Shown in pieces: positions 49,101-58,680 of a DNA stretch of 64,000 bases. The position numbers and the translations under genes were made by a program. The notes below the pieces were generated by a model. That model searched no databases, had not been told where the DNA came from, and saw only the letters and a list, made by a program, of their open reading frames with translations. Every line of letters starts with the position of its first letter. Within the stretch, counting starts at the first letter, position 1. The stretch is from Nitrosopumilus sp. (GTDB taxonomy: Archaea; Thermoproteota; Nitrososphaeria; Nitrososphaerales; Nitrosopumilaceae). The stretch covers positions 160,001-224,000 of the forward strand of contig OZ241857.1 in assembly GCA_965203315.1 (NCBI GenBank), given 5' to 3'.

Positions 49101-51044
49101 GACGTACTCTAGTGTTCCTGTAAAGGTACTGGTGTTCTCGCCAGTCTCTTCTACCTCGACTCGTATTATTTGGTTTGCAACTCTCTCGTTTGCTTGTGCA
49201 CCGTCGTTATAGAATCCATAGGAGAAGAAATCTGCAACTATAGGATATTTTTTGTCTTTTTCAAACTTAAACTGGTTTGTGAATGATAGTACCAGTAGAA
49301 CTGGTGTATCATCGTTTACATTGGGTCTATTTGATAGTTCTGGACCAGATAGTGAGAATACTTCAGTCCAAACATAGCCACCATTGACAACAGTAGAGAC
49401 TTTCCATTCTGTTATATCTCTAAGGTCATTAGTAGTGGAATATGGTATTGTACTAACGGTGAGAGCGGCACCATAAATGGCATTCCGGTCATTGTCAAGT
49501 AAGATAAGATCGCCAGCCATGTTATTGGTACCGAAGACACCATAATCATAGTTGAATAGATTGCGTCCTGTAAAGTTGCCTGTACCGTTGAGGTCATCGT
49601 CATTGATTGATTCACGAAGATCTCCAAGAGTACCTAATGGAATAGCAACTCTTCTGACAGTTGTATCTTCTACAACTGATATGATTCCTCTATGACTATC
49701 ATCTACTGTGTAATTTAGTGCGTATGTGTTACTTTGACTGGAATCTGTCGAATATGTTATAGCGCTAGTACTTGCACTGTATCCATAGATTGTAGCGTTT
49801 GTGCCGTCCTTTAGTGTATGTGGATCTCCAGTCATGAATATTGGAATTCTTGCGTCTGGATTAGATACAGTTTGATCGTCTTCTGCATCACTGTCTTTGT
49901 TTTGATCTGCATCAACTATGGTTAGGTCTATTTTTTCACCCGAGTTCCACGTGCCGTCCTCGATATCGAGGTTTACTGTAGCAGTGGTTAGTCGTAGGTT
50001 TACGGCTACACTCTCATCACTATATGTGATCTGCGTGTTTGTGCCTCGTGGTGCATCGTCTTTGATCTTTATTGATCCACCCTTGTCTGCAATCTCAAAG
50101 ATACCAGTGTTTGGTCCAGTCTCATCGAATTGGAGTAAGTTTATGGTGTTACCACTAACAGTATGTGCACGAAATGTAACGTCAAGTATCTTTTCCATAT
50201 CTCCCATCGGTACATCAAGGATACAATCATCTTCACAACCAAAGGCGCCAGTATCTGTTCGCCAATGATTAAAATCATTGCCATGGTCAAACCCAACCCT
50301 CTTACCAGGTTCATCGGTAATTTCAGTATTTTCCTGCATCATCAAATACACCGTATCTTTCGCAGTAGGGTCTGCATTTAGTACATGATCGGTGATTGTC
50401 AGATAGACATTTGCACCTCTTGGGTAAGAGTCTCGATCGAGTTCGATTGAATTGTTTTTAGACGTGTCGTATGTTACCGTTACTGTCTGAGGATTTCCAG
50501 CCTTGTGATAAACGACTTCAACTTCGTCTCCATCATCAAGATCAAGATACATTACATGTTTAGCGTCACCTGCATTAGTAACGAGTATCTTGTTAGTGGT
50601 ACTACCTCTTTGGTAAGGTAGTTCACTTAGCAATACTGCTCTGAAACCAGCATCGTCGGTAGTGATATCACCTACGGGTGACTTGTCATCAAAGTCGCCA
50701 TCTCCGTTGCCATCTCGGCCACTATCAGTAAAGTAACCATACCAAGAACCATCACCACCGTGTTGCAAAGTGAGATCTTTATCATCAACTGTGACTCTAG
50801 GCATTCCATCACCTTTATCGGTCCGTAAAGGATCACTTACAATAACCTCTACATACTGTATACCACCAAAAGTATTGTCGAATCTAGCGCCATATCCATT
50901 TGGATCAGCAGCTGAGACGTATAGGTTTGGTGTCGACTGGGCATATACTGGTTCCATGCTCGGTATAGCAAAGGTCAGTCCGCCAGCGACCATTATCGTC
51001 ATTAGTATTAAACTAGTTGTTTTTCGTCCTATTTCGTTATTCAT
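46173..51044 (-). CDS. Major S-layer protein (Nitrosopumilus-type Ig-domain array)
   Basis: N-terminus MNNEIGRKTTSLILMTIMVAGGLTFAIP; repeated ETG.NTG.F and D.D.N modules; C-terminal QPFAYLIQIQD...SLSWI...SPSQSWIP..GEY. Confidence 0.9.
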   Translation of the reverse strand: MNNEIGRKTTSLILMTIMVAGGLTFAIPSMEPVYAQSTPNLYVSAADPNGYGARFDNTFGGIQYVEVIVSDPLRTDKGDGMPRVTVDDKDLTLQHGGDGSWYGYFTDSGRDGNGDGDFDDKSPVGDITTDDAGFRAVLLSELPYQRGSTTNKILVTNAGDAKHVMYLDLDDGDEVEVVYHKAGNPQTVTVTYDTSKNNSIELDRDSYPRGANVYLTITDHVLNADPTAKDTVYLMMQENTEITDEPGKRVGFDHGNDFNHWRTDTGAFGCEDDCILDVPMGDMEKILDVTFRAHTVSGNTINLLQFDETGPNTGIFEIADKGGSIKIKDDAPRGTNTQITYSDESVAVNLRLTTATVNLDIEDGTWNSGEKIDLTIVDADQNKDSDAEDDQTVSNPDARIPIFMTGDPHTLKDGTNATIYGYSASTSAITYSTDSSQSNTYALNYTVDDSHRGIISVVEDTTVRRVAIPLGTLGDLRESINDDDLNGTGNFTGRNLFNYDYGVFGTNNMAGDLILLDNDRNAIYGAALTVSTIPYSTTNDLRDITEWKVSTVVNGGYVWTEVFSLSGPELSNRPNVNDDTPVLLVLSFTNQFKFEKDKKYPIVADFFSYGFYNDGAQANERVANQIIRVEVEETGENTSTFTGTLEYVMVNQLDVIVHDKLALEAGSVIKTGYIYESITPIGNEVKFIAFEDITGSDARVNYVDTNANDNTVVVSDQQDIATSSGVVSLNAETYSVGSNVVITLEDADLNTDPDRADTYTVVMDSNHNDTDRDQVGMSVTNVAGIEYKSLLPGGKSLGMLLEVTIGGERWKSGACSLDDNIQNGLGKTGFTLQETGSSTGVFTGSFSIPKQVCNFNDDDTVNTRNPNTPTSGKDIGVTYLDFRDASGQIVTAGDSASIGASTGSVSLDRTVYPVPYGQGTTTGSRALDMAGTNLPLGTVKVYVQVNDPDYNLNPTGEDKIEGMSGNGPVKVTVSRSGDECLIGHAGGTTSEANDEVSQLERKRDAAKKAHADATDPTEKATKYTEYLLAELRYTNARDTGTCDPKNLGALTETSPESGVFEVSFDLSYIDGPSGSDCPSRTIADGTTSRTCILQGDIITVQYNDTTDASGNPRTVTDSATFDLRNGALQTDKSVYVIGSDMIVTLIDPDLDLDSGTRETYTLDLIKWDSDAGTKNLSEGIFDAEPGSLRETGPSTGIFQVVISVPRDIDGDRLERGEEIKLEYTDYGPSGADFVGDNTEDIDRTVFTSNFGATIELDQSVYSWTDKVFITVTAPDHNLNTNQVDEIGADPYPVRVATRSDDIKNYKLVETGTNTGIFTGEVILTGFSYDADGDQDTGADGKDVTGRTCDRCNGPTDGLLPTDNDDGLEVSFEFSDDETVRKSALIRWNIGEVQWLEASYPATATGVLRVIDPDMNLNPESADNFEVKVWSSSAPSGITLTVTETQPASGIFEGTVFFGLSVQSGGHKLSAEEGDTVTAKYSDNTLPAPYNTGDSEDITATTIIGTIVPPLERVNIESLRIVDSTGTTLSTVSIDQQVQITADLTNTQDKDQPFAYLIQIQDSDGVTVSLSWIDGSLTPSQSLSPSQSWIPTASGEYTITVFAWESLTIPTALSPQQTTTITVN

Positions 51045-51443
51045 GTTATTGATATTTCCATCAATAATTTGCAAATGATTAGATGGGTGAACGATTAGCA
51101 TCGACATGCCTAATAGATGACATGGCAGAACACTCTATACGGGATTGAGAAACTATAGTCGATAAAAAGACACAAGACATCGAGCAGTTCAGAATACTGT
51201 AGAGCATTCGTGTTGTGTACACTGTTAAACTTGTGGACACTGCCATATGCAATTCTGGTAGGTGATCTGTATGGTGTCTAGAAGATTATTTTTGGATGTC
51301 ATAAGATATGCTCGACAAGACATACTTGTAACCGCGACCGTTAACTACGCCCTAAATGTTTAACATACGTCCATTTGTAAAGACTGACACACAACATACA
51401 TTGTTTATAATAACATAATTATTTCAGTACATGTGTAACAAAT

Positions 51444-53414
51444 ATGTTGCCTCAAATCAACGTTCAAGGTCAATCTCCTTTCAAGCAGTCTGGCGTATAT
51501 GAGGTTCAGATATCTATAGTTGATATCAAGCCATCTGAAGCAGACATTATCTCTAAGAATTTTCAAGCAATTTGGAAAGAAGATTTTCATCTTCGTGTAA
51601 ACGATGGTGCATTTACAGAGGTACTGGGCTCTGACGATAATCCTTTACCTGATTCTATTGCAGATTATGATCGGATCATCGTACTCGTAACTGATCTCTT
51701 TTCTGATAAATATTCTATAATCGAGGTACCGTTAGAGAGGCCTACACCTACTGTAGAGCCTTCACCAAAAGCTGTGAAAGATGTACCTGACCCACAAATA
51801 GACGAATCGAATCTCTCAGACGATCTAGATCAAAGTCCGTATGCCAATATGGGACCTCGCGGACCTCCAGGACCTAGAGGACTACCAGGTCCGATAGGTC
51901 AATCAGGTGACAAGGGACCAACTGGTGAACGAGGACAGCAGGGTGACAAGGGACCAACTGGTGAACGAGGTTCTAGAGGCGACACAGGAATGACTGGTGA
52001 CAGAGGCGACAAGGGCGACAAGGGACCAACAGGCCCTGTAGGCGACAAAGGTGATACGGGAATGCGCGGACCGATTGGTGACAAGGGCGACAAGGGACCA
52101 ACAGGCCCCGTAGGTGATAAAGGTGACACAGGACTACGTGGACCGATTGGCGACAAAGGTGACAAGGGACCAACAGGTCCTGTAGGCGACAAAGGTCAGC
52201 AGGGAATGCGCGGACCGATTGGTGACAAAGGTGACACAGGACCGCAAGGGCATCCTGGAGATAAAGGAATGATGGGTCCGGTAGGTCCACCTGGGCCTAA
52301 AGGTCCAACTGGTAATGCTGGTATTCAGGGTGAGAAGGGAATTCAGGGACCAACAGGCCCCGTAGGTGAGAAAGGTCCACAAGGCCCAACTGGCGACAAA
52401 GGCATGATGGGTGACAAGGGACCAACCGGCCCTGTAGGTATTACTGGAGATAAGGGCCCACAAGGACCACCTGGTCCAATAGGTGAGAGAGGCAGTAAAG
52501 GACATGAAGGCCCCGTAGGTGAGAAAGGACCACAAGGACCACAAGGACCAATAGGAGAAAAAGGACTGACAGGAGTTGTCGGTCCACAAGGCGATAAAGG
52601 AGATAAAGGAGAAAAAGGACTGACAGGAGACAAAGGCGACAAGGGACCACAAGGACCACTTGGCCCAATAGGCGAGAAAGGTGACAAGGGGCCTGTAGGA
52701 CAAGTAGGCGAGAAAGGTCAACAAGGTCAACAAGGTCCATCAGGATCTAAAGGACTGACAGGAGTTGTTGGTCCACAAGGCGATAAAGGAGAGAAAGGCA
52801 AGATTGGTGAGAAAGGCGACAAGGGACAGACGGGCGCAACAGGACCACCGGGCGACAAGGGCCCACAAGGCCCACCTGGTCCGATAGGTGAGAAGGGCAG
52901 CAAAGGACCTGAGGGGCCAATAGGCGAAAAGGGCCCACAAGGCCCACAGGGTCCTGCAGGACCTAAAGGACTGACAGGTGTACCAGGTCCGCAAGGTGAA
53001 AAAGGCGAAAAGGGCCAGATGGGTTTGATAGGCGACAAGGGACCAACAGGCCCTGTAGGCGCTGTGGGCGACAAGGGACCAACAGGCCCACAAGGATCAC
53101 AAGGTGAACGTGGACAGCCAGGTCCACCAGGCGAAAAGGGCCCACAAGGCCCACAAGGAATACAAGGACCACAAGGTGAACGTGGCCCCCTAGGTCCACT
53201 AGGTCCACCCGGCGATCAGGGTCCTCATGGAGAGCAAGGCCCACTAGGTCCACCCGGCCCCAGAGGTCCACCCGGTCCACCCGGCGAGAAAGGACCATCA
53301 GGAGGCATGTCTATAGAGTACAAGGCATTACTCAAAGAGTTGTTGGAGACCCTTACAGAAAAACAGATCATCACAGATGAAGAACAGATCAAACTCATGA
53401 GTTATCTCTACTAG
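51444..53414 (+). CDS. Collagen-like protein with 161 Gly-X-Y triplets
   Basis: 51852-53300 is 1449 nt of apparently uninterrupted G-X-Y between short globular N- and C-terminal domains. Confidence 0.95.
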   Translation: MLPQINVQGQSPFKQSGVYEVQISIVDIKPSEADIISKNFQAIWKEDFHLRVNDGAFTEVLGSDDNPLPDSIADYDRIIVLVTDLFSDKYSIIEVPLERPTPTVEPSPKAVKDVPDPQIDESNLSDDLDQSPYANMGPRGPPGPRGLPGPIGQSGDKGPTGERGQQGDKGPTGERGSRGDTGMTGDRGDKGDKGPTGPVGDKGDTGMRGPIGDKGDKGPTGPVGDKGDTGLRGPIGDKGDKGPTGPVGDKGQQGMRGPIGDKGDTGPQGHPGDKGMMGPVGPPGPKGPTGNAGIQGEKGIQGPTGPVGEKGPQGPTGDKGMMGDKGPTGPVGITGDKGPQGPPGPIGERGSKGHEGPVGEKGPQGPQGPIGEKGLTGVVGPQGDKGDKGEKGLTGDKGDKGPQGPLGPIGEKGDKGPVGQVGEKGQQGQQGPSGSKGLTGVVGPQGDKGEKGKIGEKGDKGQTGATGPPGDKGPQGPPGPIGEKGSKGPEGPIGEKGPQGPQGPAGPKGLTGVPGPQGEKGEKGQMGLIGDKGPTGPVGAVGDKGPTGPQGSQGERGQPGPPGEKGPQGPQGIQGPQGERGPLGPLGPPGDQGPHGEQGPLGPPGPRGPPGPPGEKGPSGGMSIEYKALLKELLETLTEKQIITDEEQIKLMSYLY

Positions 53415-53946
53415 TCTAAATATTCGTAACGAGACCCTAGTGTAAATCCAAACAATCTCTGCAAACTAGACCTGTAAACCACAAATGATTTACAACTATC
53501 ATCTAGACATGAATCATCTAAAACTAGGATCAATATCATAACTGTCAAGTTTATCGCCAATTTATCTGATTGAACTACATCTCTAGATTTATGATCATTA
53601 TGACTATTCGTTACACGTTTCAAAATCTCTATCGTTTTATGCTACTCTACTGTTCTATGCATAAAACAACCGGTTCATCCTATTGCTCCGATATCATGAT
53701 ACCACGATACCATGTTATGCGAGTCGCTGAATTCCGATACAGATCTATATACGATGAAACGCGATCTTTATCATATTATTGAGAATAGACATAATAAATA
53801 GGCGTATTCGTCTAGTATCAATGCCAAATCAGATACGTACAAATGTAATCAACCTCTCTTATATCTCAAATATGCATATCTTCCAAAAGAACACATACAT
53901 CACAATACCACACATAGTACCGTACACAATTGTTAGAGGGATATGA

Positions 53947-54438
53947 ATGGCCAAGACATCAGTAGAGATGAAAGATCTGGTCGAAGAGTTTATCAAAGTA
54001 ACTGGAATCGACTATGAAGATCAGACTCCAAATATAGTCGGCAAGAGCGAGAATGTAGAGTGGCAGTATAGGGTTGGAGCAAATGTCATAGTCAACAAAA
54101 ACTCCAACAGAGGTGATCGAATTCATCTGAGTGTAAACATGAGATTCACTCCTCAAGACGCAGAGCTGTTAAAGATGGATAATCCATCATTTACCAAGGC
54201 ACTAAAAGAGATCAGCGAGATATGCACAACATGTAGGATTGGACATCAATGGCTCAAAGATGCTGACAAGACCATTGGTATTGGAATATTTACTCATGTG
54301 GATGAACAGATTCTAGATAGAGTAAACTTTCACAATGCATGGGATACATTGGTACAGGTCACTGGGCATGTTCAGATAATTTTGCGATCAAACTTTGTAA
54401 AGATCTCCAACACGACAAACAAATCGATCTATGGATGA
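53947..54438 (+). CDS. Hypothetical protein (possibly DUF2299-like)
   Basis: 163-aa alpha/beta ORF; family assignment tentative. Confidence 0.6.
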   Translation: MAKTSVEMKDLVEEFIKVTGIDYEDQTPNIVGKSENVEWQYRVGANVIVNKNSNRGDRIHLSVNMRFTPQDAELLKMDNPSFTKALKEISEICTTCRIGHQWLKDADKTIGIGIFTHVDEQILDRVNFHNAWDTLVQVTGHVQIILRSNFVKISNTTNKSIYG

Positions 54439-54441
54439 ACA

Positions 54442-56319
54442 TCACATCTTGTCTGGAACTGTTATGCCAAGCAGATCTAGCGCGTCTTTGATCACCTTAC
54501 AAAACGAGTCTACCAACCACAGCCGTGCAGACTCGATCGAAGGTTCTATGCCCAATACTCTAGTTTCTTCATAAAATGCATTAAACGATACTGCTAGATC
54601 GTGACAGTATCTGGCAATAACCTTGGGTGATAGATTCTTTACTGCGTCATGTACATGCATTGGATACATACTGATATCTTTGATCAGGGCAAACTCTGTT
54701 GGTGTGGCAAAGACGTTACAATCTATATTGCTATGATCGAATTTATCAGATACTTTGTGATCAACCTTCTCCAAGATTCTTGACGCACGCGCAAAAGTGT
54801 ACATCAAGTATGTTGCAGTATCGCCGGTTAGACTTAGAGATTTGGTTAGATCAAATATGATGTTTCGTTCGAGATCTTGTTTTATCATCTCGTATCGTAG
54901 TGTACCTACTGCAATGTTGTGTGATATCAGATCGACTTTATCGTCACTCATGCTTGGGTTTCGTGCTCTGGTCTCTGCCGTAGCTCGTTCTCGCAGCATG
55001 TCGTATACTGCATCGATACTAACATAGAGTCCAGATCTACCAGACATTTGAGTCTGATTGCCACTTACATCTGCGCCCATCGCCTTGGCAGTATCGGAAC
55101 TCAGTGTTACGGATCCATAACGTAGATGTACATATGTAATATCTGACTCAAAGTTGGTCAGTATCTCTGATATGATATTTTGTAGTCTTGCTTGTCTAGA
55201 GTCTATGACAGTCAATACCTTGTTCCCTGAAAAGTTTATCTGCTTGCCATCTTTGAGAACAGACTTCCAGAGTGTCTTGGTATCCGGCTGATGTACATCA
55301 TATTGCACATAACGAAACGGATCCTCTACCAGACCCATCTTCCACGCAGCATACGATATATCCTTGGCGATATATGTCGCTGTACCGCTACTTCTTATAA
55401 GAACCTTGTCCTTTTCGTCGTCTCTTCCACGAATTACCCAACAACCCTTGTTGTCGCCTTGTGTCTCGAACTCGATCAGATTCATAGTCTTGAGTTTATC
55501 AAAGAGCTCAGACCAGAGACCGGATCGAATTATGTGGGATTCAAAGTTGAGACAGTCATAGAATACACCAATCTTCCAACACGTCTCTAACTGGCATGCG
55601 AGAACACGACGAGTTAAGTCTTGAGCAAATCGACCCACATCTGATGAGAGATCTTCGAGTTGGACTAGAGTGTCGTCGCGAAGTCTCTTTAACGTAGGAT
55701 CTAGATCGTATCGTTTGTGTGTCTGTACGTATACGTCGTCACCACAATAGTGATCAAATCTCTTCTCGGGAGATTCGTATGCAAATCCAAGATGTCTGAA
55801 TCCGACAACGACATCTGCTATCTGTAGCCCAAGATCATCGATATAGTTCAAGACACGTACATCATAGTTTACCTTGGTCAGAATCTTAGACACGACATCT
55901 CCTATTATCATATTTCTGAGATGACCTATGTGCAGAGCTTTGTTTGGGTTGACGCTGGTATGCTCAACGATTATGGGCATTCTCTTGCCTAGATCGATAT
56001 CCACAAGATCTGAGTCGGCAAGGACGAGTTTGGCAAAACTAGACCACTTTAGATCAAAGTTGATGTGACCAGAGGGCATGGCTGTAACACCATCTATCAA
56101 GGTGTGATTCAGAGACATGTACTGTTTGGCAATATCTTGCGCAATGATGGATGGTTTGGTCTTTAGATGTTTTGCCATCAAGAATGCGATATTCGATGTT
56201 AGATCTCCAAATCCAGGTTCAGATGGTTCTACTAAAAAGTTGACTAAAGGTATATCGAGTTTATCGGTGATTATCTTGAGATTTGTTCTGATCTCATCCA
56301 AGGCTATCTTGATCGTCAT
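54442..56319 (-). CDS. argS: Arginine--tRNA ligase
   Basis: EHTSVNPNKALHIGHLRN (HIGH), RSSGTATYIAKD, MSGRSG and C-terminal DALR-like domain. Confidence 0.96.
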   Translation of the reverse strand: MTIKIALDEIRTNLKIITDKLDIPLVNFLVEPSEPGFGDLTSNIAFLMAKHLKTKPSIIAQDIAKQYMSLNHTLIDGVTAMPSGHINFDLKWSSFAKLVLADSDLVDIDLGKRMPIIVEHTSVNPNKALHIGHLRNMIIGDVVSKILTKVNYDVRVLNYIDDLGLQIADVVVGFRHLGFAYESPEKRFDHYCGDDVYVQTHKRYDLDPTLKRLRDDTLVQLEDLSSDVGRFAQDLTRRVLACQLETCWKIGVFYDCLNFESHIIRSGLWSELFDKLKTMNLIEFETQGDNKGCWVIRGRDDEKDKVLIRSSGTATYIAKDISYAAWKMGLVEDPFRYVQYDVHQPDTKTLWKSVLKDGKQINFSGNKVLTVIDSRQARLQNIISEILTNFESDITYVHLRYGSVTLSSDTAKAMGADVSGNQTQMSGRSGLYVSIDAVYDMLRERATAETRARNPSMSDDKVDLISHNIAVGTLRYEMIKQDLERNIIFDLTKSLSLTGDTATYLMYTFARASRILEKVDHKVSDKFDHSNIDCNVFATPTEFALIKDISMYPMHVHDAVKNLSPKVIARYCHDLAVSFNAFYEETRVLGIEPSIESARLWLVDSFCKVIKDALDLLGITVPDKM

Positions 56320-56325
56320 GGTTCA

Positions 56326-57042
56326 TCACAGCTCTGGTGCTAGCCTGTCTAGCGCTTCTATTACTCCATCTCCTGACTTTGCAGATACGACCATGGTTGC
56401 AGCACTCTTTACATCACTAAATGCATTTCCTAATGCTATACTGGTATCGGCCATCGCAAATAGTGGAATGTCTGTAGAGCTATCTCCTATTGCAATCACA
56501 TCGCTCCTGGTAATTCCGAGTCGCTCCATGACTATGCCAAATCCAGTCCCTTTGTCTATTCCAGAAGAGTTGATGTGGTATGCGTACTGGCTATCAGATA
56601 ACTGAACGTCGAGATCGTTCTCAGATATTATCACTCTTGCTTCATCTAGATCAAAAGTTCGCTCTAGTACTATCTCAGTCATCCTAGGAAATACTGATTT
56701 TTCTTGAACACCATCTATCGATGCTTTGATCTTATCCAAAGCTCGTTTACACTCATCTAGTCTTCCAAGCAAGGTATGTTCATTTGTACCATATGTGATG
56801 CAGCCTCCATTCTCGCCCACGGCAATAGGTGTAGTTCCACCAAAGACGGCGAGTAGAAATCCCTCTACAGATGATCTACCGGTCACATAGATTACTTTAT
56901 GTCCCATCAAGACTAGATTCCGCAGTACGACCAATGCATCTAGATGTATGCGACCGGCACCGTTCTCTGTTATTGTACCATCGATATCTATTGCAAATGT
57001 ACGTTCATGTACACTCTTGTCACGCATGATGATATCTCCCAT
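56326..57042 (-). CDS. Phosphoglycolate phosphatase-like HAD hydrolase (TA0175/Cof type)
   Basis: AIDIDGTIT, VTGR, GENGG, DKGTG, IGDSSTD. Confidence 0.88.
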   Translation of the reverse strand: MGDIIMRDKSVHERTFAIDIDGTITENGAGRIHLDALVVLRNLVLMGHKVIYVTGRSSVEGFLLAVFGGTTPIAVGENGGCITYGTNEHTLLGRLDECKRALDKIKASIDGVQEKSVFPRMTEIVLERTFDLDEARVIISENDLDVQLSDSQYAYHINSSGIDKGTGFGIVMERLGITRSDVIAIGDSSTDIPLFAMADTSIALGNAFSDVKSAATMVVSAKSGDGVIEALDRLAPEL

Positions 57043-57106
57043 CTAAATGTCTACACAATTTAGATTTGACAGTACACTAGTAGTATAATTTTATTTGTAG
57101 TGTGAT

Positions 57107-58228
57107 TTGAGAAAAGCAAGATTGGGAATTCCTGAAAAGATCAAAGCCATCCAAGATGAGATGGCTCGAACACAGATAAACAAAGCGACAGAGCATCATC
57201 TAGGCTTACTCAAGGCCAAGATTGCAAAACTGAAACGTGAACAAGAGGATGCAATAACAAAAAAGTCGAGTGCAAAATCTGACGGATTCGATGTGAGAAG
57301 AACAGGCGATGCAACCGTTGTCTTTATAGGACTGCCTAGTGTTGGCAAATCTACATTACTTAACAGACTTACTGATGCCAAATCCACCGTAGGCGCATTT
57401 CAGTTTACGACACTAACTGTAGTTCCTGGGATGATGGACTATCGCGGAGCAAAGATCCAAGTTTTAGATCTGCCTGGGATCATCAAAGGAGCATCTACTG
57501 GCAAAGGTCTTGGAAAGAGAATTCTATCTGTTGCGCGTACTGCTGATCTGATTCTCTTGGTGTTGGACGTCTTTCAACCATATCATGAAGATGTATTGGT
57601 AAACGAGTTGGGAAATATAGGAATAAGGCTGAATCAGCTTCCACCAAACATAACTATCGAAAAGGCATCCACGGGGGGAATTGCTGTCGCACAACAAGTA
57701 AAGATGACAAAGATCACTGAAAAACATCTCAAAGATATCTTGCATCTCTATGGAATAACTAGCGCACGTGTTGTGATTCGTGAGGATATCACATCTGAAC
57801 AGATATCGGACTTTATTGCAGGCAATATCAGTTATGCAAAGGCGATCACCATATTGAATAAGATAGATCTAGTAGATGATATCTTTTTGAACAAGCTCGA
57901 GACAGAGATAAAGAGTCCTGTCATCCAAGTCTCTGCAAACTCTAATATCAATATTGAACATTTGAAAGAGACGATCTATAACAGGCTCAAGTTCATTCGA
58001 ATATACATGAGGCCAAAAGGCGGCAAGACAGATTTTGAAGAACCTCTGATTGCAAGAGAGGGCGATACCGTTGAAGATATCTGTAACAAACTTCATAGAC
58101 GAATGAGACGTGAATTCAGATACGGTATGGTTTGGGGCAAGAGTGTAAAGTTTGGTGGGCAACGTGTTGGTTTAGGACATATACTTCAGGATGAAGATGT
58201 ACTTACTATAATCAAGACGCGTACATGA
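57107..58228 (+). CDS. DRG/OBG-family GTPase with TGS domain
   Basis: NKATEHHLGLLKAK, GLPSVGKS, FTTL, DLPG, NKID, VWGKSVKFGGQRVG. Confidence 0.95.
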   Translation: MRKARLGIPEKIKAIQDEMARTQINKATEHHLGLLKAKIAKLKREQEDAITKKSSAKSDGFDVRRTGDATVVFIGLPSVGKSTLLNRLTDAKSTVGAFQFTTLTVVPGMMDYRGAKIQVLDLPGIIKGASTGKGLGKRILSVARTADLILLVLDVFQPYHEDVLVNELGNIGIRLNQLPPNITIEKASTGGIAVAQQVKMTKITEKHLKDILHLYGITSARVVIREDITSEQISDFIAGNISYAKAITILNKIDLVDDIFLNKLETEIKSPVIQVSANSNINIEHLKETIYNRLKFIRIYMRPKGGKTDFEEPLIAREGDTVEDICNKLHRRMRREFRYGMVWGKSVKFGGQRVGLGHILQDEDVLTIIKTRT

Positions 58229-58422
58229 TAGACTATGTTCTATAAACTCTAGTTGGAGTATATTGCTAAGAGATGGAATCACATCGCTGATGTTCATAAT
58301 CTACATATTGCGAGATCAAACTATACAATTCGATGTTAAACTAGTATATTGTATATAATGCCGAGTCTTGTCAATAACTGGTACGGCACATGTACTTCAT
58401 GATCTGGAATTTGATCATACAT

Positions 58423-58629
58423 CAAAGTGCAAAAGTATTCTCCAAGTAGATCGTAGAATAGCATGTGTGTAATTATGAATACATCTTTACGAAAACCAAA
58501 AGTACCTCATTTGAACGATTTTGCCTATAGAAATAGCATATGCACTGTTGTCATTACAAGATGAGTACGTACATAAAAAGTACATATACGTTCTTTTGTT
58601 GTCGCCTTGGAAAATACTTTTGCACTTTG
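58423..58629. mobile_element. MITE family C (about 207 bp)
   Basis: 24-bp terminal inverted repeats CAAAGTGCAAAAGTATTCTCCAAG / CTTGGAAAATACTTTTGCACTTTG (one mismatch); partial second copy at 32002-32158. Confidence 0.82.
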
Positions 58630-58680
58630 GTATAGAACCCAAGATCACAATTGTTTTATAATGTGTTATAGTTCGGGGTA

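Noticed and set aside
51899-53298. Many minus-strand ORFs over the collagen gene
   Set aside because: Shadow frames produced by the stop-poor Gly-X-Y repeat.
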